Source of the DNA: the human T2T-CHM13v2.0 reference genome, Homo sapiens
Reading direction: 5' to 3' (one strand)
Assembly (NCBI RefSeq): GCF_009914755.1
Contig: NC_060935.1
DNA length: 64,000 bases
Under the pieces are notes generated by a model. The model was given only the letters and a program-made list of their open reading frames with translations. It made no database searches and had not been told where the DNA came from. The position numbers and the translations under genes were made by a program. The first letter of the stretch is position 1, and the number at the start of each line of letters is the position of its first letter. Of this stretch, positions 14,319-27,976 are shown piece after piece.

Positions 14319-14899
14319 AAAATTATTTCAATCTCTTTATTAAATTTATTTGATAGGATTTCGAATTACTTCTCTCTGTTATCTCCAATTTTATTGTGCT
14401 TCCTCTAAACAGCTGTTCTGAATTCTCTGTCATACCAGGTTAGGTCACTGGCACCTTATTTATTTCATTCAGTGAGGTCATGTTTTCCTGGATGGTCTTC
14501 ATGCTCGTGAATGTTCTTTGATGTCTAGGCATTGAAGAGTTAGGTATTTATTGTAGCCTTTGTAGCCTGGGCCTGTTTCTACCCATCTGTCTTAGAAACG
14601 GTTTCCAAGTATTCAAAGGTACTTGAGTGTTGTGATCTAACTCTTTGGTTATTGCAGCTGTATCTGCATAAGGGGACATCCTAAATCCAGTAATTCTGTG
14701 ACTCTTGCAGACTCAAGGAGCTACCATATTGGTCATCTTCAATAAGATCCATGAGAATTCCCTGAATTATGAGGCAGAGACTTTTGTTCTCTACCCTTAC
14801 TTTACCCTAAACAAATAGAATCTGTCTCTCCATGCTGAGCTGCCTGGAGCTGCGGGAGGGCTGACACAAACACCCCTGTGACTACCACCACTGAGACTG

Positions 14900-15860
14900 C
14901 ACTGGGTTTCACCCAAAACCTCTGGCAACCACTGCCAGGCTCCTGCCAGTGTTCACTCATGTCCAAGAGCTCTTCAGTCAGCAGGTGGCAAATCCAGGCA
15001 GGCTTATGTCCTTCCTTTCAGGGAAGTGAGATCCCTGCTGGCCCAGGTTAGAGACAGAAATGTTTTCTCGGAGCCAGGGCCTGTACTCGGGAAACTAAGG
15101 AATTTACGTGATGGTCTATTCTAATGTAGCTGAGCTGGCACCCAAGCTGCAAGACAAAGTTCTTCCTATCCTTTCTTCTCCCTTCTTCAAGCAGGAGTCT
15201 CTCCTCATGGCCACTGCTGCTCCAGGCCCATGGCAAATACTCCTTGGCTACTGCCGATGTCCATCCAAGGCCCAAGGGCTCTTTAATCAGCTTGTCATGA
15301 ATGCTGCTAGGCCTGGGTCTCTCCTTTCAGGACAGTCGGCTTCCCTGTGGCCCCGAGTGGGTTCAAAAGTGCTGCTCAGGAGCCAAGGTCTGAACCTGAG
15401 GACTCCAGGAGCCCATTTAGTGCTCTACCCTACTGTGGCCAACCTGGTACCCAAGCTGTAAGACAAAGTCCCCTTTACTCTTCCCCCTCCTTTCTGCAAG
15501 CAGAAGGAATCTTTATCCATAGCCACCATAGCTAGGAATGTGCTGGGTCACACCTGAAGCCAGCACAGCCTTGGGTCTTACCCAAGGCCCACGGGAAGTA
15601 CTGTCTTTGTGCCACTGATGTTTATTCAAGTCCCAAAGGCTGCTTAATCAACAGGTGCTAAATCGTGCCAGGACTGGGCCCTTCTTTTCAGGGCAGTGTG
15701 TATTTAGAAATGTCCAGGAGCGAGGGCCTGGAAGGAGGGGTCTGAGGGCTCAGCCTGATGTCCTATTTTATTGTGGCTGAACTGGTATCCAAGTTGCAAG
15801 ACAAAGTCCTCTTTACTCTCTTCTCACCTCTCCTCATGCAAAATGAAGAAGTCTTTCCTG
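14900..15860. repeat. About 310-340 bp tandem units in the old L1 5'UTR
   Basis: Anchor ccaagytgyaagacaaagt recurs, with aagacaaagt at 15151, 15460 and 15798. Confidence 0.8.
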
Positions 15861-16537
15861 GAGCTGCAAGCTGCACTGCTTTGGGTTGGGAGAGGGGTGA
15901 CACAAGCCCTCCCTTAGCCACCACTGCTGGTGTCTCACTAGATTACATGTATCCCAAGTCTGCTGGCTCTGAGCCTACCACAGCACCAGGACTTGCCCAG
16001 GAATTATAACCCTTGTAGCCTAAACTGCCTTTCAAGTTTATTTAGGAACCCAGAGTGCTTTAACCTATGGTGGTGGGGCTAACTGGAACTCAGTTTTCTA
16101 CCACTGAGATGGATAATTCCCTTCTGGGTAGCACTGATATAAACGCTCCCTCCATGGGCACCAGCTGAATTCTTCCCTGTGTTGCTTTTTGCTGTGACAG
16201 GGCAGCACTGAGTTCCAATTAAGTTCCACACACAATGCACTGTCCCTCCCGCAAGCACAGATTCTCTCTCTGCACCATGCTGTGCTGCTGAGGGATGGTG
16301 GAGGGGTGGTATAGGCAATTCAAGACTTTCTTTCCTACTCTCCTCAGTGCCTCTTACCTTGTTATCATGTTAAAATCAGGTACTGTGATCACAAACCTGA
16401 TTTTTGGCTCTTATAAATGTGCCTTCTTTTGTAGATAGTTGTTCAATTTGGTGTTCCTGTTGGAGAGACAATCACTAGAAGATTCTATTCAGCCATTTTG
16501 CTTCATCTCCTCCCTTGCTATGCAGTGTTTTACATTC

Positions 16538-16584
16538 ATAGTATAGTATAGTATTGTATAGTATAGTATAGTATAGTATAGTAT
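16538..16584. repeat. (ATAGT)n pentanucleotide repeat
   Basis: atagtatagtatagtattgtatagtatagt... Confidence 0.95.
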
Positions 16585-16740
16585 GAGATTAAGTGCATAA
16601 ACTGAGAAGTCAGACTCAATGGGTGTGTTTCTCAGCTCTGGCACTCAGTGACTGTGATTTATGGGCACATTTCTTATATTTTCAGGGTCTCGGCTGTAAA
16701 GTCAGTTTGATGATGAAAGCACCTGTCTCACAGGATTGTC
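16585..16740 (+). mobile_element. MIR
   Basis: ttaagtgcataaactgagaagtcagac...gctctggcactcagtgactgtgatttatgggcac...ctgtaaa...acctgtctcacaggattgt. Confidence 0.65.
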
Positions 16741-16754
16741 CAGTTATGTGGTCT

Positions 16755-16893
16755 TTGCCAATTTCAAAGGCGTAAACACTCCTACCAGTACCTATTTCAT
16801 GCTATCAACAGTTTCACAAACAGCTCACAAAATTCTTGAATATTTAATAATTGGCTCTTATGCGTCAGAATGAGCCAGCTCCAGAACACCTCC
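16755..16893 (-). mobile_element. MER63-like (hAT) fragment
   Basis: cagctcacaaaattcttgaatatttaataattggctctt...gagccagctccagaacacc matches the reverse complement of the MER63 start as recalled. Confidence 0.55.
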
Positions 16894-17399
16894 GATGTTA
16901 TGATGATTACATAACTTAGTATCACAAGCACTTAAAGGATTACGTGGGACATAGTATGCATTCTATTAAGCATTTGTTTAAAAAAGATACTTATATTAAC
17001 TCATCTATTTCTCACAATTATTCTATGATGTTGTTATTGCTATTCCTATTTCAAGGTAGGTTAGAGAGGTAGAAGGAACTTCAATGTCTGGCCGCTAAGG
17101 GTAGAACTGGGACTTAAGCAGTCTGCCACTCCTTATTAGACAATAAGGGGGTCTTGCCTGGGTCATTAGGTGATCTCATTCTATTGAACCTATGAGGAAT
17201 TTGACTGTGCTGTATCACGGGATGAAAGAAGAGTAGATAATCCTGGAAAAACAAAACACAGTGACATGCCAGTATCAGTCATAGAGGGTAACTTGGTACT
17301 GGGGATTTTTCTGTTGCCTTGGAGTTAAATTATTTATTACATTATATCATGAAGAAACCATACTAATATACATTCCCAAGCATGAGGCAGACAGTAATG

Positions 17400-17625
17400 A
17401 AAACTTTCATTCCTCAAGTGTTTAATATATATTTGATTTTTTAAAATCACTTGACATGAATTACTTTATACATTTACACCAACCATTAGAAGAAAGGCTG
17501 TTATTGTTCCATTGGGCAGACAAGAAAACTGAAGCTCAACCATATTAAGTAACTTGTTCAAGGTCACAAAGCTGCCATTAAACACCAGTCTTGCTTGAAT
17601 ACAAAGTCTATGAGCACACTGTAAA
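17400..17625 (-). mobile_element. MIR
   Basis: attgttccattgggcagacaagaaaactgaagctc...aagtaacttgttcaaggtcaca. Confidence 0.7.
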
Positions 17626-18489
17626 CCATATATTCTATTGCTATCCCTAAAATTGTGAACAAATTTTGTATCATATTATGCTCTTTAGAGGTTAAAATAT
17701 TAAGAAATTTTAGGTTAATACTGACATTATTTTGAAGGGGGAAAGGGCAAGAATTTTAAAGACCAAAGTCAGCCAAAGATAGGGGACTGGGGAAAATTCA
17801 TGTATTCAGTGTGACTGCTATTTTATTAAAAATATGGTTATATTTTATTGTCAAAGCCTCTTTACTTTTCAGTGTGTTTATAGCTCTGAGACTGGAGGAG
17901 AACAGGGGCGTGCTTTCTGTGCCTATCAAGAAGTCACATTAGGAGATACACAAGGGTCAATTTTGGGCTGCTTTACATTCTGTTTGGCACCTTCATTGTA
18001 TTGGAGAAAAAAGAATTAATTGGTTCATTTAGCCTTTCACTTAATTCAGCCTTTAATGTGCACTTCAGTTCTCACCCAAATGAACAGAGACGGTGCAGGA
18101 AACAGAACACATTTAATGGGGCTCTCAAAAATGTGTAGTTGTTGCTCTTGCTTCTTTAATAGACACAAATCATTTATTTCCTTCTGTAAAACTCCATTAC
18201 CCAGCAAAAAAATAGACACTCTTAACAAATGTATGTCTTATCAAAAATGAAAAACCCTTCTCTCTCTCTCTCTCTCTCATATGCACAGAGTCATGGAGGT
18301 ATATTCAAAAGGTATCCACACAGCAAGCCTGCCCATCCAGTTCTACAAAGCCTACAACGTATCCCTTTCCTTGTACATGTTAAGGTTGTAACATCCTGGG
18401 CATGATACAAATAATCACTCTGAATTAGAAGTAAAAGGGATCTTAACTCAAATTAAGTCCAGTCTTCCTATTTTAAAGATTAGAGAAGT

Positions 18490-19167
<678 letters not shown>

Positions 19168-20149
19168 CCCAATCTCTTAATATAACCTCCCGTCTCCTAT
19201 ACTAAGCTGCCTGCGTATTACTGATCACTGCCATGGTGCCACAGGTTTGTCTCTTTGTGTGCTTTTCATTGAAACTTTTTTCCAAAATGTGTGTGCACCT
19301 GCGGAGACTCACTGGGCATTTTTCTGATTCCACATGCAAATATTTCTCCTTCCCTTTCTGAAAACCCTCTATGCTCCTGTTTTTGATAGTAATCATCCTT
19401 TGAGACTTGGCCTTGGGAAAACACCAAGGAAGCTATTCATTCATTCATTTATTTATTTATTTATTTAATTTTAACAAATGCTCTCAAATGTGAGCTGGTG
19501 CTGGTTTGGCTTTTTACTGATTCCCATGCTTATTCTTCTTCCCAAACAATCATAAATAGTTTACTTGACTATGCTAATGATTTTCATCAGCTTAAAAAGC
19601 CAGTTTAATTAATCTCCTTCTGTTTAACAAAATAGTCAATCTGATAAATTGTTTAGGGAAAAAAAAGGAAAGCTGGTGTTTCTCCCTTATGTAATGTGTC
19701 GGGTATGTTTAAGCAAAGGTGTTGGCAACTGATACAAAGAACTAATTCATTATTGAAAAGAAGTTGAGATACATGTGCACCTCTCAAAAGCAGGATACCA
19801 GTATGTGGCCTTCATTAGAATAGCAAGCTATGAATTAGGCAAGCCAAACATCCTATCTTCTGTGCCAGAGACAAAGCCTCTGCTCTGGGGAACAGATCCA
19901 GGTGGTAGAAGTGCATGTCATATTCTGGTTGCTTGGGAAATAAACTGTCATATTATTTGGAGCATCCCAGTAGTATGAGTTCAGCTTCCTCAGTAGACAG
20001 AACTTTTTTTCCCCAAAGCCATCCATTATTTGTAATGAAACCTCAATGTTAATTTCACTGCTCATCAATTAAGCGCATCTCTTAATTTAGTTGGGATGTG
20101 TATACAAAACATCACAATGCTAATTCTGGTCCTTATCTCATGACTATAC

Positions 20150-20400
20150 TATCTAAGGATCCTTGCCTCCAATCTCCCCATCTCAATTTATTTTGTGACT
20201 AGATTAATCCTCTTAGGCATAGCTGTATGAGAATATTTTCCTGCTTCAAAATCTCCTGGATTCCCAGTTGCTACAGGATATTATTCAAGTTCTCTAACAT
20301 AGCGCTAAAAGCTGTAAACAGTCAGAATCAACCCAATCTGAATAGCCTCATCTTTCCCAATTCATTTCCATGAGCATTTTATGCCGTCTAAAAATTATCT
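20150..20400 (+). mobile_element. L2 fragment
   Basis: cctgcttcaaaatctcctggattcccagttgctacaggata...agcctcatcttt, typical L2 3' region. Confidence 0.55.
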
Positions 20401-20579
20401 ATTTGAAAATTAGAGTTAGAATTGAAAGAATTTTTGACTAGTAGCTTTGGAATACTCTCTCCCAATCTGATATCATAATGCCTATGAGATTCAAGGGAAA
20501 AAAGTGAAATCCACACCTCATCCCTACCTAATAGGGCAAGTTTTTGAGAGCCTATTGAATTAGAGTTTTAAAAACATTA

Positions 20580-21159
20580 AAGTGGTTACTGCTGAAAATT
20601 GACCTGGCTGCTCTCTAGATTAAAAACAATATTCAATCTTAAAAATTGTATGCCTCCATAACTCAACAAATAAAAAGTGAAGAAACTATATGAAAAAAAA
20701 TCTTTTGCAGATGTTGAAAGGCAGTATGAGAGACTCTTTGAAAGAAGGTAAACAAATGAAATGATCTCTATGATTATTCTGACTGACCATTTGGAGAAAA
20801 ATTCCAGGCTACAATAACAGAGCCTTCTCCTTGAGTTTAGAAGACAGTATTTAGAAAGGCAAAGAAGGCTAGAATTTGAAAGGCAGAATATCAGAGAGGG
20901 GCAAGTAGCAAAGAGTGATACAGAGATCTGCTGAGATTTCTCTGCCAATCATTACATGAGTACTGATTACACAAGAGGTCCGGGAAACTACCAAGTCTGG
21001 AAAACGGATCAATAGAAAGTAGCAGGTGGAAAACACTCTGCTGCGTGCACAGAAACAGGAAAAGTTTACATTCTCACCAACTATTTCTTAACAAATGGGG
21101 CATTGAATAGGGACCTCAGAGGGTCTTGCCTCAATAGTGAGGTCTAATGAACTCTAGAC
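20580..21159 (+). mobile_element. Ancient L1M 5' region (left part; resumes at 24594)
   Basis: Purine-rich degenerate sequence contiguous across the LTR TSD with the ORF1-like stretch downstream. Confidence 0.45.
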
Positions 21160-22065
21160 TGTGCAAGTTGCAGATACGAGGATGAAGTCATTCTAATCAG
21201 TCTCAGTCACATTGAGGCCAGGAGAGCACAAAGGGGAGGAGCTCATCCTTGCATATCTGAAGATAAAAACTGTTTCCTCCTACTGAAACTATTCCAGAAA
21301 ATTGAAAAGGAGGGACTCCTCCCTAACTCATTCTATAAGGCCAGCATCATCCCGATATCAAAACCTGGCAGAAACACAACAAAAAAAGAAAAGTTGAGGC
21401 CAATATCTTTGATGAATATCAATGTAAAAATTCTCAACAAAATAGTGGCAAGTTGAATCTAGCACCACATCAAAAATTTATTAACCATGATAAAATAGGC
21501 TTCATCCTCAGATGCAAGTTTCGTTCAACATATGCAAATTAATAAATGTGATTCATCACATAAAAAAACTAAAGATAAAAATCACGGGATTATCTCAATG
21601 GCTGCAGAAAAGGTTTTTGATATAGTTCAACATCCTTCATGTTAAAAACTCTAACTATACTAGGTGTTGAAGGAACATACATCAAAATAATAAGAGCCAT
21701 GTATGACAAACCCATAACTAACATCATACTAACTGGGCAAAACCTGGAAGCATTCCCCTTGCAAACTGGCACAAGACAAGGATGGCCACTCTCACCACTC
21801 CTATTTAACATAGTATTGGAAGTTCTGGCCAGGGCAATCAGGCAAGAGAGAGAAATAAACAGCATTCAGATAGAAAGAGAGGAAGTCAAACTATCCCTTC
21901 ATTGTCTCAGCCCAAAAGGTTTGTAAGCTGATAAACAACTTGAACAGTGTCTTAGGATACAAAATTTATGTGCAAAAATTGCCAGCATTTCTATACACCA
22001 ACGACAGTCAAGCTGAGAGCCAAATCACAAACAAACTCTCATTCACAACTGCCACAAAAAGAATA

Positions 22066-22111
22066 TTAGGTTGGTGCAAAAGTAATTGCGGTTTTTGCCA
22101 CTAATGGCAAA
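22066..22111. mobile_element. Partial MADE1 (Hsmar1-derived MITE)
   Basis: ta|ttaggttggtgcaaaagtaattgcggtttttgcca-ctaatggcaaa: complete left TIR after TA, right arm mostly missing. Confidence 0.9.
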
Positions 22112-23025
22112 TACCTAGGAATACAGCTAACCAGGGAGGTGAAATATCTTTACAAGGATAATTACAAACCACTGCTCAAAGAAATCAGAGATAACACAAA
22201 CGAAAAAACATTCCATGCTCATGGATAGGAAGAATCAATATTGTTAAAATGGCCATACTGCCCAAGGCAATTTATAGCATCAATGCTATTAAACTACCAG
22301 TTCCCATTAAACTACCATTGACATGCTTCACAGAACTAGAAAAAACTATTTTTAAATTCAGATGAACCCAAAAAAGTGCCCAAATAGTCAAGACAATCCT
22401 AAGCAAAAAGAACAAAGCTGGAGACATCATGCTACCTGACTTCAAACCATACTACAGGGCTATAGTAACCAAAACAGCATGGTACTGGTAAAAGAACAGG
22501 CACATAGACCAATGGAACAGAATAGAGAACCCAGAAATAAGACTGCACACCTTCAACTATCTGATATTTGACAAACCTGATAAAAACAAGCAATGGGGAA
22601 AGGATTCCCTATTCAATAAATGGTGCTGAGATAACTGGCTAGCTATATGCAGAAGATTGAAACTGGACCCTTTCCTTACACTCTATACACAAATTAACTC
22701 CAGATGGATTAAAGACTTAAATGTAAAATTCAAAACTATAAAAACCCTGGGAAACAATATAGGCAATACCATTCAGGACACAGGCATGGGCAAAGATTTC
22801 ATGAGGAAGATGCCAAAAGCAATTGCAACAAAAGCAAAAATTGACAAATGGGATCCAATTAAGCAAAGAGCTCCTGCATAGCAAAAGAAACGATGAATGG
22901 AGTAAACAGACAACCTATAGAATGGTAGAAAAAAATTTGCAAATTATACATCTGAGAAAGGTGTAATATCCAGGATATATGAGAAATGTAAACAAATTTA
23001 CAAGAAAAAAAAACATTAAATAATA

Positions 23026-23331
<306 letters not shown>

Positions 23332-24593
23332 CGTGAGAAAAGGACACGAACAGACGCTTCTCAAAAGCAGACACACGTGAAGCCAACAAGTACATGAAAA
23401 TGCTCAACATCACTGATCATTAGAGAAATTCAACTCAAAATCACCATGAGATACCATCTCACACCAGTCAGAATGGCTATTATTAAAAAGCCAAAAAATA
23501 ACAGATGCTGTCAAGGTTGTAAAGAAAAGGGAACACTTACACGCTGTTGGTGGGGGTGTAAATTAGTTCAGCCATTGTGGAAGACAGTGTAGTGATGCCT
23601 CAAAGAAAGAAGTACCATTCCACTGAGGAATCTCATTACTGGGTATATACCTAAAGGAATATAAATTGTTCTCTTATAAGGACACATGCATGCATATGTT
23701 CATTGCAGCACTATTTACAGTAGCAAAGACATGAAATCAACCTAAATGCCCATCAAGGATGGACTGGATAAAGAAAATGTGGTACATATACACTATGGAA
23801 TACTATGCAGCCATAAAAAAGAATGAGACCATGTCCTTTGCAGGGACACGAATGGAACTGGAGGCCATTATCCTTAGCAAACTAACGCAAGAACAAAAAT
23901 CCAAATACTGCAGGTTCTCACAGGTGGCAGCTAAATGATGAGAACACATTATATGAACACATAGAGGGGAACAACACACACTGGGGCCTATTGGAGGGTG
24001 AAGGCTGGGAGGAGGGAGAGGATCAGGGAAAATAAATAATGGGTACTAGGCTTAATACCTGTGGGTGACGAAATAATCTGCACAAGCAAATCCCCATGAC
24101 TCACGTTTATCTATGTAACAAATCTGCACATGAACCCAGAATGTAAAATAAAAGTAAAAAAAAAAAACTGTTTCAAGGACTTTAAAAGATAACCTCACAA
24201 GAAATCCTCTCATATGTCTGATGCATCTCATGCTTTTCTCAGCTTCCACCTTTTGCATGTATTTCTGAGACAAGGTTTATCACTAGACACTCTAAGGACC
24301 ATAGCAAATCAGATGATATGCTCTCAAAGAACACTTGCCCGGTAATGGCATCTCCACCAATGAACTGATGCCAATTCTGGCTTTGAACCTCTGGAACCAA
24401 TGAACACTGTTTCTAAGCAGCATACATGGACTTGCTGTTTTATCAATAAAAGCTTCTCTTTACACTTCTCTAATCGCATGCGCCTATGACTTGCCATTGC
24501 TGTGCTTGTCTGATTATAATATTTTTTGCTTACACCAGAAGAAACATCATATTCGTACATATTTTTCTCTGATGTCTTTTTCTTAGGTTTACA

Positions 24594-25850
24594 AGACTAA
24601 TGGATATTCTGTACCCACTAAACAAAACTTTAAAGAAAGCTTCAAGAAAATAAAATAGCACTATGTAACTTAACTATATACCCAAACAAAGACCAGAATG
24701 TTGAAATAAACAACAGAAAAAAATACAGCAACCACCAGCATTAAATTCATAATTTCTGGTGTCCAAACACAACAACAACAACAAGAAAATTATCAGGTAT
24801 GCAAAGAAACTGAAGAAATCTAAAACAAACAAAAAAATCAGCCAATGAAACAGACGTTGAGCTGACCTAGACCAAAAAAAATTAGGTAAATGTGTTAAAC
24901 CACTATTATAAATATACTCCTTATCTTCAAGAAAGCCAATGAAAAGCATAAACATGTTAAAAGATGCAGAAGATAAAAAAATGACCCAAATTAAGCTTTT
25001 AAAGGTAGTTAATATGTTGTCTCAGATGAAAGATATAATGGATAGAATTAAAACCAGATTAGATGCTGCAGAAGCAAATGGAACTTGAATACATAGAAAC
25101 TACCTAGAATGAAATTCACATTAAAAAGACTAAAAAAGCAAGCAAACGGAATACAAATTAGCAATGAGATGGCTTAAAGCGTCTCATATATATGTAAGGA
25201 TGTCTCAGAATTGTCAGAAAAGAATGTTTGTTAAAAACAATGACCAAAGATTTTCAAAATTTAACAAGGTTTGTAAGCCTTCTGACTGAAGAAGCTCAAT
25301 AAACCCAGAGAAATATGATGATAATAACAAAAAGCCCACCATAATTATATTGCATAAAAATGGTAATGCATCTTATAAACAGCCAAAATAGACCCACTCC
25401 TACAGAGGAACAAAAGATAAAAAAGACAGACTTCTTATTGGGAAAAAGGCAAGTCAGAAGAAAATGGAGCAATATCTTTAAAACACTGATTAAAAAATAC
25501 ATGTATGTAAAAAAAAACCTGTTAACCTAGAATCCTATATTTAGCAAAAATATCTTTCCATAATGAAGGTAAAATAATGGCATTTTTGGAAATAAAATTC
25601 TTAATAGTATTCATTACTATCATAATCACCACAAGAAAAAGGAAACCACTTCAGACAGAAGGAAAATTTTACCAGTAGAAAACTGGATCCACAAAGAAAA
25701 AAAAAAAAAGAAATATATAGGGAATGGCAAAGATATGGGGAAACTTAAAAGATTTTTAGAAACATTCCATAAGATTTAATTGGCTCTTTTAAAGCATTGT
25801 GATGTATCATATATACGATTTAAAATTAAAATATGATTTAAAAATGTAGA
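24594..25850 (+). mobile_element. Ancient L1M ORF1-region remnant
   Basis: A-rich ORF1-like motifs: agattagatgctgcagaag, acagacttcttattgggaaaaaggcaagtcagaagaaaatggagcaatatctttaaa, aacctagaatcctatatttagcaaaaatatctttc. Confidence 0.7.
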
Positions 25851-27109
25851 AGATTTCAACTAGAATGTAATCATCTTACTTTTCTTTCTGGTTTCATCTC
25901 TTGATAGGAGGGTACACTAAAAATATGAAGTCAGGGGCCTGAATACTTTTGCCAATTCTCCTCCTAACTATGCAACCTTAGAGAAGTTGCTTCTTCATTC
26001 TGTGCCTCCATTACTCATATGTAAAAGAAAGGTGTTGGCCTTTATTAAGTTCTGCCGGTTTTTTTACCCTGTGATACATCATCCTACCTGTCTCTTCTTG
26101 GCAAATTCATGTCACATGAGTTCTAAGGGAAAACTGAAGGCAACTTTGGGGGGGCCCAAGAGGAGATTTTTAAGTAGAAGGATGTGTTAACCAAACAAGA
26201 GGTGAGGGCTAAACATTTTTTTTAAACAATAGTATGTTACAAGAAGTAAATGTCATGAGTGGTGACTCAAGCTGATGATTGTCAGATATTCATGATGCAG
26301 AACAAAAATGCCAACCTTGACATAGTGAGAACAATTAACTTCATTGTCACTTTGATTTTTCTCAAATATTTATTCTATTTAAAGTCCCCAAGTGGGTTGT
26401 ATGAGGGATAGACCTATCTCCATTTTACTTATTATATCTGACTTTGCAAGCCAATACATACTATTGATATATTTTTAATTGGTATATGAGAATACATATT
26501 ACATATACTGTCGTGCACACACTACAAAATTCAGTTCAGTTCAACAAATATTTATTGAATATAAATTGGGAGATTCAGTGGGGTATACAGAATGTTATGA
26601 AAGCAGGGATTTAATCTCAACATAACCAACTATCTCTATTACTTAGAAAAAGCCTGATTTTATTTTTAAAACTGTGTTTTGTTTTTGTAAAATGAGGAGA
26701 CAAAGTTAGATTTTTCCTAAGGTCATTTCCAGTTATAAACTGCTGTATGTGTCTATGCACTCACGGCTGTACCAGAAACAGTGGAGAAAATAAACCAGTA
26801 TAACATATGCTTTCTACCTTGAGGAATTTATGGTGTATTTGGATAATAAACTGTATTCATATTTAACTCAGAATTAATTAACAATGGCTTATTATGTACA
26901 AGGTACCAGCCTTGGTGATCCTTGAAGCATTTAAGACAGGCTTAAGTTTCTGGAGAGACATATTGTCAGCCAGCATTTCAAGAATAGCTTTATAAAGAAG
27001 TTGAGGTTCAGAATAGAATTTGTGGGTTGAATATTGTACTGGGAATACTGTGAGGCTGTATATCAGGGAGATGGTGAGATTTCAGAGAAAAACTTAAAAG
27101 AATAATATT

Positions 27110-27280
27110 TACACATATTATGCATATAAATAGAAAAGCCTTACATGAATTATATATGCATGTATATATAACATACGTGTATATATAGCTCATATATGGC
27201 AATTTGTGTGTATTCTCATAAACTGAGATAAATTTAAATGCTGTATATACAAACACATATATGGCATTTATGCACATAAC
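27110..27280. repeat. AT-rich (TA/CA) low-complexity tract
   Basis: tatatatgcatgtatatataacatacgtgtatatatag... Confidence 0.6.
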
Positions 27281-27689
27281 AAACATTTTTGAGTAAGGCA
27301 TTTTCATGAGGAGAGGGTAAAGGAAGACAGACACAATGATATGAGGTGACAGAAACAGCACCCAGAGGTTTTCATTTAAAGTGCAAATACTGCAGCTAAC
27401 AAGGTATCTGACCTTATGCAAGTCTCCTTACATTTCTCAGTTTTGTTAGCTATGAATATGATGGTGGAAGATAGGAAGACTAACTGGGTTTTAACATCAG
27501 TGTTAGTTGTATCATTCCACATGGCAATTTGAGTTGAGTTAGTACTCACTCTAATAACTATACTACATCTGTTTCTGAGACATAGAGAAATGCAGCTCCT
27601 TTCAGAAGATTCTAATCTGCTTTGGGAATGAAGGCACAGATGTGAACTTGATAAATATTTATTTAATACCTGCATCCTCATTATATATT

Positions 27690-27815
27690 TTATCTCACTT
27701 TTCATTGCAACCACGTCTATCTTGTTTGCCATTGCATTTCCAGTGCTTAGCACACAGCCAAGCCCATTGTAGACATTAATTTAATTTCTTGTTTAATTGA
27801 TGAATGGATACATGC
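27690..27815 (+). mobile_element. L2 3' end
   Basis: gtctatcttgtttgccattgcatttccagtgcttagcacacag...ttgatgaatgga. Confidence 0.65.
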
Positions 27816-27976
27816 ATGAAAGAACATGAGTTAACTAGTACCACATTTAGAGCTCCATAGGCTGCTTCTTTCTACTGATATAGAACAACACAGATGCATC
27901 CCAGTTCAAATACACTTATTTTCTCATCTTGTCTGAGGCATTTGATGGAAACATTTCCAGTTGTTAATCCACTTAC

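Larger units (their letters stand above)
9538..16513 (-). mobile_element. Near-full-length old L1 (L1MA1-3-like) with internal ORF2 deletion and several nested insertions
   Basis: 3' end at ~9540 (gtacatagtaggtgtatatatttgtggggta), ORF2 remnants with FADD at ~11629-11640, EN region ~11.8-12.65 kb, ORF1 ~13.3-14.5 kb, repeated 5'UTR to 16513; TSD ctt(a/g)ctat(t/g)cagtgt at 9523-9537 and 16514-16528. Confidence 0.9.

Noticed and set aside
15108-16009. Two ORFs sharing VAELxxKLQDKVL, suggesting a repeat protein
   Set aside because: Explained by tandem units of the antisense L1 5'UTR
27008-27753. Adjacent 137-aa and 125-aa minus-strand ORFs
   Set aside because: Overlap AT-rich low-complexity DNA and L2 debris; no recognisable domain
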